Assembly (NCBI RefSeq): GCF_024521635.1
Contig: NW_026250414.1
Location: forward strand, 806,001 to 870,000
DNA: 64,000 bases
From: Tricharina praecox
Taxonomy: Eukaryota
Direction of reading: 5' to 3'
The translations under genes and the position numbers were made by a program. The notes beneath the pieces are model-generated. The model did not search any database, was not told the origin of the DNA, and saw nothing but the letters and a program-made list of their open reading frames with translations. How positions within the stretch are numbered: position 1 is the stretch's first letter; every line of letters begins with the position of its first letter. This document shows positions 1 through 13,823 of the stretch, one piece after another.

Positions 1-279
1 AACTACTCTAGCATCCGTCCTTCCGTCCACAAACAGTTTCGAGATGGGGAGGTGGGGAGGTGGGTACGCGGGTGGGTAGGTAGGTGGGTGGGTAGGCGGG
101 AAACCGGTTTCTGGAATCTGCTGCCTACTTCACCTCCCACAAAGTACTAGTCGTTGCTGTCGCTGTCCCGACTCCCGACTGCTGTCTGCTGCCTTCTTGG
201 GGCGCTCCTGCCTTCCTTCCTTCTTCATTCTCCATGGCGGGGGCGGGGCGGGATGGGGGGTGGGGGGTGGAAGGGGGGG

Positions 280-365
280 CACTGGAGGGGGTGGACACTG
301 GACACTGGAGGGGGTGGACACTGGACACTGGAGGGGGTGGACACTGGACACTGGAGGGGGGGCAC
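280..365. repeat. 23-bp G-rich tandem repeat (GGACACTGGACACTGGAGGGGGT) x ~3.5
   Basis: Direct reading of the sequence. Confidence 0.85.
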
Positions 366-467
366 TTCTTGCAGCGATGACCGCAGGCCGCAGGCGGCAG
401 GTCTGTGGCGTATGCATACATACCGTATTCGGGCGCTCACAGTGCACAGTCCACACTACCAGCAGCA

Positions 468-520
468 GCACCACCACCACCACCACCACCACCACCACCA
501 CCACCACCACCACCAACACC
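468..520. repeat. (CAC)n microsatellite
   Basis: Long CAC run; produces the poly-H/P/T/V/W ORFs in the track. Confidence 0.95.
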
Positions 521-1445
521 AGCTGCAAGCACGCTGGGCGCCTTTTTTGTTCTTGCACCCCAACGGTCGTATTCGATTGGATTCGCTTTTCTCGTCCGCG
601 CGAGGTCTGGATTGGCCTGACGCCGCCCTTCGATCATTTCTCCTCACTTCTCCGCACTCCCCACTCCGCACTCCCCTCCAACCGTGGTTCTCCATCGAAC
701 CACCACCATCATCACCAACCCGTAGTCCCATAACATTGCACATTGCACAAAGATAGGCGGTAACTAACAAACTGTGTGGTCATTTTTTCCCCAGGTTTGG
801 ACGGTGGACGGTGGACGGTGGACGATGGAGGATGAGACTCGTTTAACTTGGGATGATAGAGTAGAAGGCGGTATAGTAGAGTATCATACTTAGCGCAGAA
901 ACCAACGTGCCCAGTTTACGGCCAAAAACCGGAACCTGGGGCTGTATGGCGAGTGATATTCTATGATAACTGGGTGCATCATACCATTGCGACCTGCGCT
1001 GCGGATTCCAGTCTCGCGTACCTATCATACGCCCTCGGATACCGGCATAAGATATTGGCATACATAGGGTTTGGCGCCGCAACGGACCGTGTGGACACAT
1101 GACAGCGGGATCTCCACGCCCTTTGCTTTGCGGAGCGGGTATAGATAGGAAAGGAGTTTCTACATAGTTCTTCGGTACGTTCGCCACGGTCTACTAGTAC
1201 GTACATATCTACATACATATGTAGAAAGGCCGTATGCGAAAAGCAATCGATGTTGCCTCTGCCGCGCGGACACGAAGTAGGTATGATACCTATCCCGATT
1301 CATCACTAGCACCGTGTGTGTGTTTTCGCTGGTGCGCTCTTGGTACATACATCGGCTTGGTGCCCAGGCCGTCAGGCCGCCAGGCGGGGGAAGGGGATTG
1401 CCGCGCGTCGAGCCAGTTGTCCGGCCTGCTAACGGGATGTCCTGT

Positions 1446-1625
1446 CCAGTCCCGACTAATTTTAGGTATGGTCGGGACTGGTCGGGATATATCCGGACTA
1501 AAAAATTTCACGTCCGAACTCCGGACTGGTCGGGATATATCCGGACCGAAACTTTTCTGGTCGGTACTGGCCGGGATACTCTACTCTATACCCGTCCAGA
1601 TCAAAATCTTTTAGTCGGGGACTGG
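1446..1625. mobile_element. MITE-like / foldback element
   Basis: CCAGTCCCGACTAA (1446-1459) and TTAGTCGGGGACTGG (1611-1625) are near-perfect inverted repeats. Internal 24-bp direct repeat GGACTGGTCGGGATATATCCGGAC at 1475 and 1523. No clear TSD. Confidence 0.45.
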
Positions 1626-2342
1626 TTTCGGTCAGAGGTCACATGGTTACGGTTGCGGTTGCGTGGTTGCTTGTGATATCACTCGCGACATAATTGATAT
1701 GGTTTGGTCGGGTTGGAAATGAGCCGTGCACAGTACATAATGGAAAGAACCGCCTCGATACCCGGTGCGGATGGTGCCGCTCTATAAGAGTCAAAACCTA
1801 GACGCGGGAGCATCTCGACAAGTGCTGCCCCGAAGTTCGAACGGAAGAGCTAGCAGACGATCCTGCGGGCAGAGGTTCGGACGGAGACGGGGAGGGGCAA
1901 CGGCGTGTGTACACTACGGTATATTGTCATGTGCCTGGAAAGGTCACGAGCGATCAGCGATTAAACAAACAAAAAAGCGTGCACGGTAATCGATGTACCT
2001 ACTACTGCTAGGTGGCATGCAATCAGACGCTGAACCGTGCAGAGTAACTTGTGGACTGGAGAGGGAAATGTATCATACGCCGCCATATTCTGTGTGGGAT
2101 AAATTCGAGTATGAATCATGATCAAACAAAAAGAGCGTGCACTGGTGATGCTTTCCCACCTAGGTACTCGATCAGAAGTCTGGAGGGCGGTTCACCGTGG
2201 ATATGGCGTCACTCATTCCCCGACGTTCTGCCTCCCACTCAAGGAATATCACCGATAGTAAAAGTAAGCAAACAATAACCATTCCAAGCGCTCCTATGTT
2301 CAGTTCATTAAATACACCGCTCCCTATGCGTGTGTGCGTAGG

Positions 2343-3709
2343 TTACTCCTCATCACTATCGACGACCCTCCTCCTCTTCCGATCACGACTCTCGCCCCTC
2401 TGGCGTCTAGCGGGCCGCTCCTCCATATCCTCCTCCTCATCGTCGTCATCCGTCGCCTCCGCCTCCTCCTCCTCATCATCGCTGCCCTCGATAAACTCAT
2501 CCTCAAGGTCGTACTCATCCTCACGGACGCGGCCGCCCCTGGTGATCGGTGGCGAATCGCGCTTGCTCCTCGTACCCGTGACTCTGGCGTAAGAACGTTT
2601 AGCAGCGGACTCGAGGGGATCGCGATCTCTTGCCCTGCGGCGCTGGGCCTCGAGCTTGCGGTTGGCGCGCTCCTTCTCCTTGGCTATGCGCTCTGCCTCC
2701 TTGCGCTCCGCCTCAGGATCCTTCAGCTCGCTGAGCTCGAGCGGCGTGGTGCGGCTCGGGGTGGGGACTGCAGACTGCAGCTCGTTGTGAAGCCGCTGGA
2801 TCGCGTAGTCCGACGCGAGGTTAACGCTGGCGGAGACGACGTTGAGCGAGCGCGTGGCGTGGCCGACGACGCGGAGCGTGCCCGCGCTCTCGTGCGGGTC
2901 CAGCACGAAGGTGTGCGAGTCTTGCGATGGCTTGTATTTGCTCGGCTGGGTGGGGTCAACGGTTAGGTCCTTGAGCGGGAGGTCGTAGAGGGTGGGCGAC
3001 GACGCGATTTGGAGCGACATGCTGCCGTCGCTCCAGCGGATGACGCGCGCGTTGCTTTGGAGCTGCGCGGGGTTGCGGGGGTCACGGCGGACGCGGATCG
3101 CGGTCGTCGCCTTGGTGTACGCGGATGTGGTCTCGCCTGCGGAGATGTGGGGAAGGACGAATTTCTCCGGGTCGAAGAGTTGGGGCTCCATCGAGAGAAA
3201 GGACGGGATCTTCATGAGGTACAGGTGGGAATCGCTGCCGGCACCGGGACCAGGATGTCGCGGGAGTGTGATCTCGACGAAGCGCTCGGGTTCGGGGGTA
3301 GGCGAGTCGCGGACGGCCGCAGGCGTGGCGCCGAGTTCCGCGTCCGAGAACAATTCCTTGTCCCGTGCCTGGGCTTCGTCGTCATCGCCGAAAAGGTCGT
3401 CCAGTGGCTCGTCGTCGTCATCGTCGTTGGTGGTAGTGAGGTTGGGGTTCTCGTCGTCGGCCGTGGTCTTGCCCACGCGTTTGCGCGTCTGCGCGTCTTC
3501 CTCGTCGCTGGCATCTTCGTGGTCCGAGCCGAACATTGTGTCGTAGCGATTGCCCGTCGGCTTCTCGGGGGAGGCGATGGCGGCATGTTCTGGTGCCGCC
3601 TGAAGGGCAGGGGACGAACCCCCGTCGAGGGAAGAGAGTTCTGAAGGCGATTGAGTTAGGAGAGAGCGTGAAGCTGGGCGTGATTGCAGAACGTACCTGA
3701 GTCGGACAT
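2343..3709 (-). CDS. LEO1: Leo1, PAF1 complex subunit; exons 3709-3697 and 3640-2343
   Basis: Acidic N-terminus and Leo1 core (LYLMKIPSFLSMEPQLFDPEKF...SNARVIRWSDGSMSLQI). ATG TCC GAC TCA G|GTACGT...CTAAC...CAG intron 3696-3641 restores the frame. Confidence 0.9.
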
Positions 3710-4600
3710 TGTGTAGTTGTGGTTGCTCGGTCGGGCTGCAGAGTAGTGAGTGTGAATGGTGGATGGGGTGATATGGATGGAGAGTGGTGGTGGTCGTGGT
3801 AGTGGAATTCGTGTTTCGGAGGTTGATAGATGATTCGCGCCGCATGCTGAAAGCAGCTCCACGACACTTTGGCTCCCACGCTATCTCGGTCCACGTGATA
3901 CTGCTAACAGTCCACGTGACAAGGGCGCTTACTAAGCGACTTCCGCTCCCGCATCCGCCACCCAATCCCTTCGCCAAGACTTCGGCTCTCGCTGCTTCCT
4001 CGCTTTCGCCGTGTCGGTCGTGCCGCGTCGCACTGCACAGGTCGATGTGTTGGCCAGACAACGCAACCAGCGAAAGCAGAGCAGAGCAAAGCAAAGCAAA
4101 GCAAAGCAAAGCAAGGCGAAAGGAGCTGGCTGGCTGGCTGGCACGCACGCAAGCAGCAGCAGCAAGCAGCCATTCAGCACATCGCAAAGCAAAATTCCCA
4201 CTCACCACTCACAACTCAACACCTTCGCCCTCTCCCGATCATAAATCTACAACCTCAGATCTCTTCATTTATTCCGAACAATTCACCCCTCTTCCCCCGC
4301 CCCACCCTGCCCTTGTCGTATCGAACGAACTCTTAAGAACGGGTGCCCCTACTCAACCCACAACACTTGTCCCCCCCCGTTCCTTCGCCAGAAGAAAAAA
4401 ACAATCAAAACAATCCCACTCCCAGCCCCTCCAATTCTACGATCCTGAGGATCCTATCGTTCCCGCTCCGACCCCCACCGCCTGCCGATACGAGACACCA
4501 CCGATCCCAGAGCAGAGACATTCCCTATTCGTCGGAGTTACTTAGAGAAGGAGAAGTATAGATACCGAGAGAACTTCTCGACTTCTCGTCGTCCGCCGCG

Positions 4601-6926
4601 ATGGCCGAAGCACGGAAATCGTACATGACCAAGGAGCAGCTCGGTTTGAGACCCCCCTCCTGCTCACCTGCCTGCGTCACCTTCGCCAGCCGCACCCCGG
4701 CCGGACAAGACAGAGGACAAGAACAACGAAAATAACTGACGGGCTACGTGTGTGAAACGGACAGAGCAATACCTGGCAGACCTGCGAAACAACAAGCCCC
4801 AGCGCCCCTCAGGCAGCCGGCCGATATCGGCATCGAAATCGCGATGGTCGATTCTGCGCGCGGCGACCGCCTCGGTCCCCCCGCCAGCCTCTGAGCCCGT
4901 CGTCATCGATCCATTCGGGCCTCCGACCCTTCACAGTGCTACTCCTCCGCCTGCGCTGAGTCGCCGGGAAAGCAAGCTGATCCGGAAACACTCGTCGGGA
5001 GCGTCGCACAGGCGGTCCAACACCACCTCATCGATCCTGGGATTCGTGAACAGATCTCCGCCGAAATCCGCGGGAGGAGAGGCCGACGAGAAGGGATGGG
5101 ATGGAGTGGATCGACAGGATGGCAGGACCGGCGACACCGCAAGTCCGTCGCGCAGCTCATCGAATGCGAAGAAACGCGAGTCGGCCCCCGCGGGCAGCTT
5201 CCGGGGGTTCTCTTCGGGGTTGATCGGCGGAGGCGGCACTGGGAGACCGCAGAGCATATCGTCCGGCTCGAGTTCCTCTTCTGGGAATTCGGAGCGGAAG
5301 AAGCGTGTGTCTTGGAAATTGCCCCGGAATGAGGCTGGCGCTGTTATGATGCCGCCATGTCATCCCCCAAAACCAGAAGACGCATCGAAAATCGAGAAGG
5401 AATTGACGCTGCACTTTGAATCTTTATCAACACAGGACGCCCTGCCAACTATTGCCCCTCTGAGGATCAACAAAGCCGGTTCCCCCAGTCCTTCGCCGAA
5501 TACACGCGCCGCCATGACGGATTCGCCATCGAACAGGACGGCCGTGGCAGGAGTCCCCTCGCAAGCACCCAGTGGTAGTCGCAGACAATACGGAACGCCA
5601 CTTCCCCGTCGAACGGAGTACGTTGAGCCATGGAGGCGGGAACCAACTCAGGAGAACAATCCCAAATACACGACGACTGACTCTACTGAGGCATTGCCAT
5701 CGCCACCGCCCTCAGGGTCTGAAGAAGACGAAGCTGAAGCTGAAGCTGAGATCCTAAAGGGGCTCGGTAGAAAGCCGTTCCCGAAAGTTGGCGGTCCGAG
5801 CGGGCCTAGAGGTCCGACCCCTCCTCAGGAGCAGACCCCGGTCCGGAAAAACACCACCAAATATGGAGCTCAGGTGAAGCCACCGCCACCTCCGGTCATC
5901 GCAATCGTCGAGGCTCCCAGTTCCCCGCCGACTGTTGCAGCACCTCGGGTCACGGTGTCCAGGTCAAATGCGGCACCGACCATCCCCGCGATATCATTCC
6001 CGGACGACCCTCCCAGACCCTCCATCAACGCCTCCGGTGCGAAATCCTCTCCGGCCGTGCCGACCATCAACTTTGGTGGCAATGGTGATGGAGGTCGCAA
6101 GGTTCCTTCTATCCCCTCGATCTCCACACCTGATGCTCCACCTTCAAACACACGCCCCAGTGGCCGCCCACTGCCGCATCCCCGTGGCGCAACGACCTCC
6201 TCCGTCTACTCCTCCTCCTCCTCAACCACGGGAGGACGTGCCCGCGCCAGCTGCAACCTGTGTAGGAACCCGATCGAAGGCCGTATAGTGACCGCCGGAT
6301 CCCTCCGCTTCCACCCCGAATGTTTCCGCTGCGACCACTGCGAAACGCCGCTCGAGCACGTCGGCTTCTACCCGGAGCCCAAAGAGCACCGCTCCAAGCG
6401 GCTCGAAAAGGCCGGCATCGAAGAAACTACGCTTACCGGCAACGGCACCGGCGTGCGCTTCTACTGCCACCTCGACTTCCACGAGCTCTTCTCGCCGCGC
6501 TGCAAGAGCTGCAAAACCCCGATCGAGGGAGAAGTCGTCATGGCGTGCGGCAGCACCTGGCACCCTGGCCACTTCTTCTGCGCCGAGTGTGGCGACCCCT
6601 TCACCGCCCAGAGCAAGTTCGTCGAGAAGGATGGATACGCGTGGTGCGTCGGCTGCTATACCAAGCGCTACTCCGGACGCTGCAAGAAGTGCAAGAAGCC
6701 TGTTACCGAGACGGTCGTGAAAGCGCTCGGCGGCGAGTGGCACGAAGATTGTTTCTGCTGCACGGTTTGTTCCCTTCCCCTCCGTCTTTACTACCGCTGG
6801 ATACTAACGGAAAGAAAACAGGAATGCAACACCACATTCGACGACGGCCGATTCTTCGTCCGCGGCACCGAAGGCAGAGAGGTTCCCGTGTGCGTGGGGT
6901 GCGAGGAGAGGCGACTCAAGGCGTAG
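4601..6926 (+). CDS. Paxillin-like LIM-domain protein (3 C-terminal LIM domains); introns 4644-4764 and 6765-6821
   Basis: Pro/Ser-rich N-terminus, then CxxC...HxxCxxCxxC LIM motifs (CNLC..HPECFRCDHC; CKSC..HPGHFFCAEC; CKKC..HEDCFCCTEC). Both introns have GT donors, CTGAC/CTAAC branch sites and AG acceptors. Confidence 0.88.
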
Positions 6927-6968
6927 GAGCCCGTCTTCCTCTAACCTCTAACCTCTCATCCAAGTGTG

Positions 6969-7021
6969 TGTGCGAGTATGGATAAATTTGTGCGAGTATG
7001 GATAAATTTGTGCGAGTATGG
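6969..7021. repeat. 20-bp tandem repeat (TGTGCGAGTATGGATAAATT) x ~2.6 downstream of the LIM gene stop
   Basis: Direct reading. Confidence 0.85.
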
Positions 7022-9636
7022 GTTTGTGCGGCGTGTGTTTTTGTGCAGGCATTGGGCGTGAGTTTAAGCATACTTAGGGTCTTTTTTTGATTGGTTTGCA
7101 TCATTTTCCTTCTCATTTTCCCTTTGTATCTATTGTGGTTGGATCAGCGTGCGTGCGTGTCTGTGTGTGGCTTGCGGCGATGGTTGTCATTTTTGATTTT
7201 GGTTCTGATGTGATTTGAGTTGATGCTTTTTGATGCGTTTTGTTTGGTGCTTTTGGAAGGGACGGAGTGTGTACTTTACTTTAGCATATGAACTACCTAA
7301 GAGGTATGCGAATTGAGCTTGAGTTGAGCTTGAGTTGAGCTTGAGTTTGTCGGGTTAGTGAAGTTCAATTCAATCATCCGTCTCCTCGGCGCGGTCATGG
7401 CATTGTTTTTTTCGACATCAGCCTGCTCGGGGATTTCGGGGATTTTGGAAACTTCCTAATCTATTCTAGACACGCCTCTAGACTCGGAACTAGAGTAGAG
7501 CTCAGGACCCGGGCGGAAGGAACGCGGCGGGGCGGGGCGGGGCGTGGTGCAGCAGTGGCAGGTGGATGAGGTGGATGGCTGGAGGAGCTATGGAAGCTAG
7601 ATACATACGGAAGCTAGTTGAACGCGGAAGGTGGGGTGGGATGGTGCTTGGGAGCCTTGGGACCAGGGAGGCGGGGAGGCGGGGAGGCGGGGAGGAGGGG
7701 AGGCGGGGTGTTTCGTAGAGCTTTGGAGAGGTGATGATTGTGATTCAGTATGCTGCTAATGATATTTACTGACGATGTGTACGGTGTGAATGGCTACTGA
7801 CGATACATATGATGTGAATGGCTACTGGCGATACGGTTTGAATGGCGACTACTAGTAGCGGGTGCGATTTGTCTTGGAGAGGGGGTGGGATTGGAAGCTG
7901 CAGTGGTGAGCATGAATGGCCGTTGAGTGACTACCAACTGGCACTCCGCCTTGCATAGAATCCCCCGAACACTTCCACCCGTCATTGACTCCGGATCTAG
8001 GCACCTAGGCGTTTGCTTCACCACTTGGTCTCTCGCTCATGCCTGTCTACCCACACAAATCCAAGCAAGCTCATCATTCATGTAGAGCTTAGCGAGAATC
8101 ATCCTCGACAGCAACGACATCACTCCAGACCCCGCGCTTACGCAGCCAACTACCTCCCTAACTACCACAAGCTTTTACTCCGAGTCTCCGCCATACGAAC
8201 CCATGAATGATGACATGCCTGCACCGTACCGGTATTAAGCTTAATGAAGCCGACCGCCGACGACGACGAGAACCAGCCATCCCCAAGCCATCCATCCAGC
8301 AGGGTTGAATACTTACCCACCTACCTGCCGAACATGAAACGTGCTTTCTGGACCCTGGGACATCTACCAGGTAGGTATTCGAAGTGCGATTCGAATTCAC
8401 CACACGCCTGCCGGATAGATAGGAAGAAGTGGCTTCCACGTTTCCACGTTTCAGTGCCTTCGATCTGGGGGCATACTCTACGTATATGGATCTATCGAGG
8501 GCGTATAACTATATAGTAGAGATGGGAGTGGATTCTGGTTAGTAATTTCACGGCGGTTCTCAATCCTCGATTCCGACTTCGTTAGTATCGAGGAGGTAGT
8601 CGCGGTGGTTCTCCCGTGAGAGCACATAGGAGAAGGAGTGACAGTACAGGAGTGACAGTACAACGCGAGGAGCTCAGGGATTGACCAAACAACTGTACTA
8701 TGTATTTACACATGTTGTACCAACTGCGCATGATCGTCCGGGATGGCCCGGGTCTCGTATGCACTATATTCATGTAGGGTGTCTCGATATCGTCTTCACA
8801 CAGCATCACTCCCCGCACTCCCCCCTTCCCTGCTTCCGAATGTAATTATGTGAGAAACCACCCGCCCACCCGCCCACCATCCTTCCCAACGTCTCGGGGC
8901 TTTCCTTCCGGAAGCGGCCAGATCTCTCGATGCCAGGCCAGGCCAGGTCGGGTCAGGGGATCCATCCACTGGTTTAATTCCGCAGCATACATAAATACAT
9001 GAGTATGTATGATGTATGTAAGTAAATGACGGGTGATCTGCGGCTGGCCCGGGCCCCGGAGGTTTGAACTGCCGTACGTACGCAGAGTACAATACATAGG
9101 CTTGCGGGGCTTATGCTTATACTTATGTTTAAATGCCTGCTCCTGCTCCCCTGGGGTCTTGTATGGGGCCTTGTCTTTATCGAGGATGCAACTACTCGAG
9201 TATATGTTGTACATGCGCGGCAGATATGTGTGTGCATTGTGCATACGTACCTTCGATCAGCGGGGACTTGTGTGTCTGTGTCTGTGTCTGTGTCTGTGTT
9301 CTATATAACGGCCTCTCCCTCGGGGCGGGGGGTGGCGGGTACCCGCGTGCAACGGAACGGCAGGTGCTCTCGAGTCCCTCCCTCGCTCGGCCTTAACGCC
9401 TTAACGGTCACTCCCCCTCCCCACCCTCCCTCCCTCCCATCACCACCAGCCGTTCCGATGTGGGTTGTGGGCTGTGTGTGAGCTGTGGCTTCCCGTGAAG
9501 GGGGGGATGGGTGGATATAATCACCGCAAGTGAGCACTGCGCTGCTCCCTTTTCTTTTTCCCTTTTCTCTCCCTCTACCCACCGTACGTGTGTACTGTAC
9601 ATACTGTACATACTGACTCTCTAGAAAGCAATAACT

Positions 9637-11703
9637 ATGGCGGATTCAGCTTCAGCAGCGCCGTCGTCAAGACAACACTCGGCGGAAGTGGAGCTGTGCA
9701 CGATCCGCTCCAACACGAGCCATGAGCAACTATTCCCGACGTTCTACCGGCGCAATGGTGGCGTGGGTGGTGGTAGCGGCGGGGGCGGAATGGGCGGCGG
9801 AATGGGCGGCAGTGGTGGCGGTGGGCTGCGCTCTCCGACCGCGACGATCACCACGGCGGCCTCGGCCTCCTCCTCATCGAAACCGGGGATCGCGCGGACA
9901 AATATGGAAAGAGTGGTGTATGCGCCGATGGCGGAGCAGCAGAAGTTGGGCTACTTCTCGACCGCGGCGCTGATCGTCAGTAAGTGCATCGGCACTGGCG
10001 TCTTTGCGAAGCCGAGTGTCGTGCTAGCCAATGCCGGTGGGAAGGGTGTGGCACTCGGGCTATGGTTTGCCTGCGGGCTTATGAGTCTCGCTGGGTGAGT
10101 GGGAAATGCACCGAGGACGAGGGGGGGAATGATGGATGAGCGGCTAATAAGTGCAAAGGCTGATCGTCTATGTCGAGATGGGACTGGCGCTGCCATTTTC
10201 GGGCGGAGAGGTTATCTATGTACGTTCGTTGTTGCCGTCCCTCGCTCCTCTTGATGGCATGTCCCGCTGACAGCCGTAAAGGTAGACGAAGCCTACCCGC
10301 GGCCCAAATACCTAGTCGTGATCGTGATCAGCCTTCTCTTCGTGATGTTAACGCACTGGGCTGGCAACTGCATCACGTTCGCGAAGCTGATCCTTCAAGC
10401 GTTCGACCCGGGCAACGCCAATCCCTCGTACCACCTACAGAAGTTCATCGCGCTGGTGATGCTCACGGCGGTGTGCGCGGTCCACATGTTCTCGCGGAAG
10501 ATGGGCATCGCGCTCAACAACTTCCTGGCGATCTACAAGGTCTCGCTCGTGCTGTTCATCATCATTGTCGGGTTCGCGGCGACGGGGAGGACGCAAGGCG
10601 CCGCGGAGGGGTTCAGGAACCTCGGGCTACAACAGCTCGTCGAGACGGAGAAGAAGAGTATGCAGGAGTATGCGAGTGCGATCCTGGGTGTGCTGTGGGC
10701 GTACACCGGGTGGGAGAATGCGAATTATATCCTGTCAGAGGTGCGCAGGGGACCGCCGGGCCATGAGGGAAGGGTCTTCAAGGCCGCGGCGTTCGTGAGT
10801 ATTGGTGGGTTGACGCTGCTATATATCCTCGCCAATATTGCGTATTTTACGGTGTTGAGTAATGAGGAACTCCTGTTGGAGGGGGATATCGTTGCGGCGA
10901 AGTTTTTTGTCAAGGTGTGTCCCTCCCCCTCCCCCCACAGCCAGTCCCACTCCATCGAGTAAAGTACTGACGACGGCCAGGTCTTCGGCAAAAGCGTCTT
11001 CTCCGAGCGGGTGCTCAAAGTGATGGTAGCGCTCAGCATTCTAGGCAATTTCATCAGCAGCACATACTCAGTGGCACGGGTGAAGCAAGAAATCGCCAAA
11101 CTGCGGATCCTACCCTTCTCCCAATTCTGGGCGCGACAATCCCACTACGACACGCCATCTGGCGGTCTTCTCCTACACTGGCTAGTCTGCGCCACCTTCA
11201 TCGTATTCACGCCCAACAACCAGAACGACGAGGTATACAACCTGGTGACGGACCTGTTCGTGTACGGGCAGACATGGATGATCATCGCGGTGTCCCTCGG
11301 CATCATCGCACTGTACTACCAGCCGCTGCGGAACTGGCGGCCGCAGCTGTTCCCGTTCGCGGTGCTCGTGGGTATCATCGCCGTCTACGTCCCCGCGCAG
11401 CTGTTCGTCGTGATCCTCTCCTGGTGGCCCGCGCCCGACGAGGTCGAGAAGAGGAAGGAGATCCCGTCATATGTCACCCCCGGCGTCGCCACGGGGATCA
11501 TCGCCTTCGGTTTGGTGTACTGGATGATGTTCGCGAAGGTCCTGCCTGCGCTGGGCTACGAGGTCTCGAGTTGTCCTGATGAGCTGGTCGATGGCAGCAG
11601 GATCGTCACGTACAAGAGGTACAAAACGGGGTTTGCCAAGCGCTGCGAGGAGTGGTGGGATACCCGCGTGTTAAGGAGGCGGAAGGAGGTGCTGTTGTCT
11701 TGA
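9637..11703 (+). CDS. APC-superfamily amino-acid permease (LAT/Mup1 methionine-permease-like); introns 10095-10158, 10220-10281, 10915-10980
   Basis: Motifs IGTGVFAKPS, YVEMGLALPFSGGEVIY and WAYTGWENANY; many hydrophobic segments; canonical introns join the three track ORFs in frame. Confidence 0.9.
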
Positions 11704-12960
11704 GGTATATATGGCTCGCGGATGAATCAAGGGTGCGTTATGTAGTGGTTAATCAATATAATGTTTGTCGTCTACACTGCAATCTGTTGCGCCCTCTTGC
11801 TCACGTTCCATCACTCGATATTCGAGTGATGCACTATGCCCTGATACCAGCGGAGACACGCAAAAAAATCAAAAACCTTCACCACCCCGATGGGTAGCTT
11901 GAAAACCCCCGAGAATTGAACCACTGTTCAATCCCCATCCGCCGGGTGCGTGACTACTAGGCCACGCGGGGGATTTTTCGTATTGGAGGATGGAGGGCGG
12001 AAAATATAAAGTGGTAGAATGTTTGCTAAGGGGCAGCGGTAGCAACGGGACTCTTCTCTTCTCCCTACAGAACTATCTATCATGTTTGATGCGCATACTC
12101 GAGCTCGGTAGAAGGATTCCTTGCTGACGGAGCTGACGGACATATCTCATTTTCGTGCTTCATGGTGGGTGTAAGGTTTTCTCTTCTGCAAGCAGATACT
12201 TCCATCTCCTCCCTTATGGTTCTTCCGTACACACCTCCATCCCCTTCCCGGACTCTGGCACATAGTATCTGCATTATCCAGTCACCCCCTTTTGTTCTTG
12301 TTTAATCATCATTGCACTCGATCTTAGCACCTTGGTAGAGATGATAGCAGATCACATATCCGTTTCCATCCAGCTGTTGGCACCGACCGCTGGCCGCGAG
12401 CTCAATACTCTGCCAACTGGTTCCCTATTGCTCACCGCCCAGCCCAGTCCTCTCCTCAAGTCAACTATCCCTACTCAACACCAGCAAGAAAGACACAACG
12501 AAGGAGAGAAAGTACTGGACATCAGCTATGTAGCCATACCCTTGAGCTATGTAAAACCCTACAACCGAGGCCGGACTCACTCCACCACCCCTCAGCCAAC
12601 GCAGGCACTTGCGGCGTCTATGAACTTGAAGCCTTCGGGAATCTGCTAGAGTATTGATACTGTGGAGTATAACAGATGAGGAATCAATAGGTAGTCAATG
12701 GGAGTGTTCGCCCGAGCTTTGGGATATTCTCGCCGTTGTTGCTCTCGATTATCCCAGCTTCAGCAGCTGATTGGTGATAGCCGGCATCGACGTTTGCACC
12801 AACCGTCGCTTACCCATCCCAGCCCTGGTCTACCTCGAGGTTCTGCAATGCTAGGTGCATATGATGATTAACCGAAACAAAAAGCTTATCCCCACCCCCA
12901 GGCTCTCTGCCAACACCAACCAGCGAGCAAAACGATATGGTCCTAGTCAAAACAAAAGGA

Positions 12961-13062
12961 TGTCCGGTGCGAGGATCGAACTCGCGATCTTCGGATTGCT
13001 GCCACTGAGTGGAAGTCATAGAAGATATGAGACCGACGCTCTACCAACTGAGCCAACCAGAC
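12961..13062 (-). tRNA. tRNA-Met(CAU), elongator type, 29-nt intron (13025-12997)
   Basis: Acceptor GTCTGGT/ACCGGAC, D arm GCTC-AGTTGGTA-GAGC, anticodon CAT at 13029-13027, U31:U39, T arm GCGAG-TTCGATC-CTCGC, downstream T-run. Confidence 0.95.
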
Positions 13063-13397
13063 ATAGGTATGTTTCGTTCGGTCCGTGACGTATATGGAAG
13101 CTTGAAGAAGACTCGACTGCAGGCTGCAGCCATGCGCCAGGCTACCTACTGACCAGTGTTCAGCTCAGTGATACATCCTCGAACACATACCCCGCCATAG
13201 GTATCTCGGGCATTCCACGATGTCGATTTCTGCTGCGTTTCCCTAATTATTACTATCACTAACGTACGGTAGAGTTTGGAGTAGGTATACATTATCTCAC
13301 GCCTTTCAAGGTCCTCGATATGTAGGATCACTTAGCTTGATCTCACTCAATAACCATTGCGAACAGCCGTCTGTGCGGTTGATATGTACATGCATTC

Positions 13398-13823
13398 TCA
13401 ATCCTTTCCAGCCCTTTCCTTATCCAACCTCACAACCTCCTCCATCACGCTAACGACCTGATCAACCGTAAACCGATGCATCAGCTTCCTCCTGGTACCC
13501 GTATCCCCCTTCCCACTGACTTCGCCCACCACACCATCCCCTGTGTCCCCCACCCCCTTCCCCACCCCCACCGCCACCTCCCTAGCAGGCAGAATATGCA
13601 CCACGGGTACATCGAACTCATACGCGTCCTTCCATCGCGTGTTACCGCGCTCGCCGCTGCGCTTGCTGGAAGCCATGACGTCAACCTCGGTGTACTCGAA
13701 TGGTCGGCGCTCCCATGCCTGTGCGAGCACGTCGCGTGCCGATGCGCAGAGCCCGCATGAGGCGCGCGTGAAGAAGGTTACGTGCACTGGAAGGCGGCGG
13801 AGGAGGGGGAGGGTCGGGTGCAT
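13398..13823 (-). CDS. Glutaredoxin-like protein (DUF836-type)
   Basis: VTFFTRASCGLC (CxxC), W..Y.FDVPVVH, KLMHRF. Confidence 0.85.
   Translation of the reverse strand: MHPTLPLLRRLPVHVTFFTRASCGLCASARDVLAQAWERRPFEYTEVDVMASSKRSGERGNTRWKDAYEFDVPVVHILPAREVAVGVGKGVGDTGDGVVGEVSGKGDTGTRRKLMHRFTVDQVVSVMEEVVRLDKERAGKD

Noticed and set aside
125-770. Poly-His/Pro/Thr/Val/Trp ORFs
   Set aside because: All derive from the (CAC)n and 23-bp repeats; no domain or coding signal.
3710-4208. N-terminal extension of the 621-aa Leo1 ORF
   Set aside because: Runs through (GCAAA)n and UTR-like sequence; the spliced start at 3709 is better supported.
7520-7710. G-rich (GGGGAGGC)n and (GGGGC)n runs as a functional G4 element
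   Set aside because: Similar simple repeats are scattered throughout the window; nothing specific supports a function.
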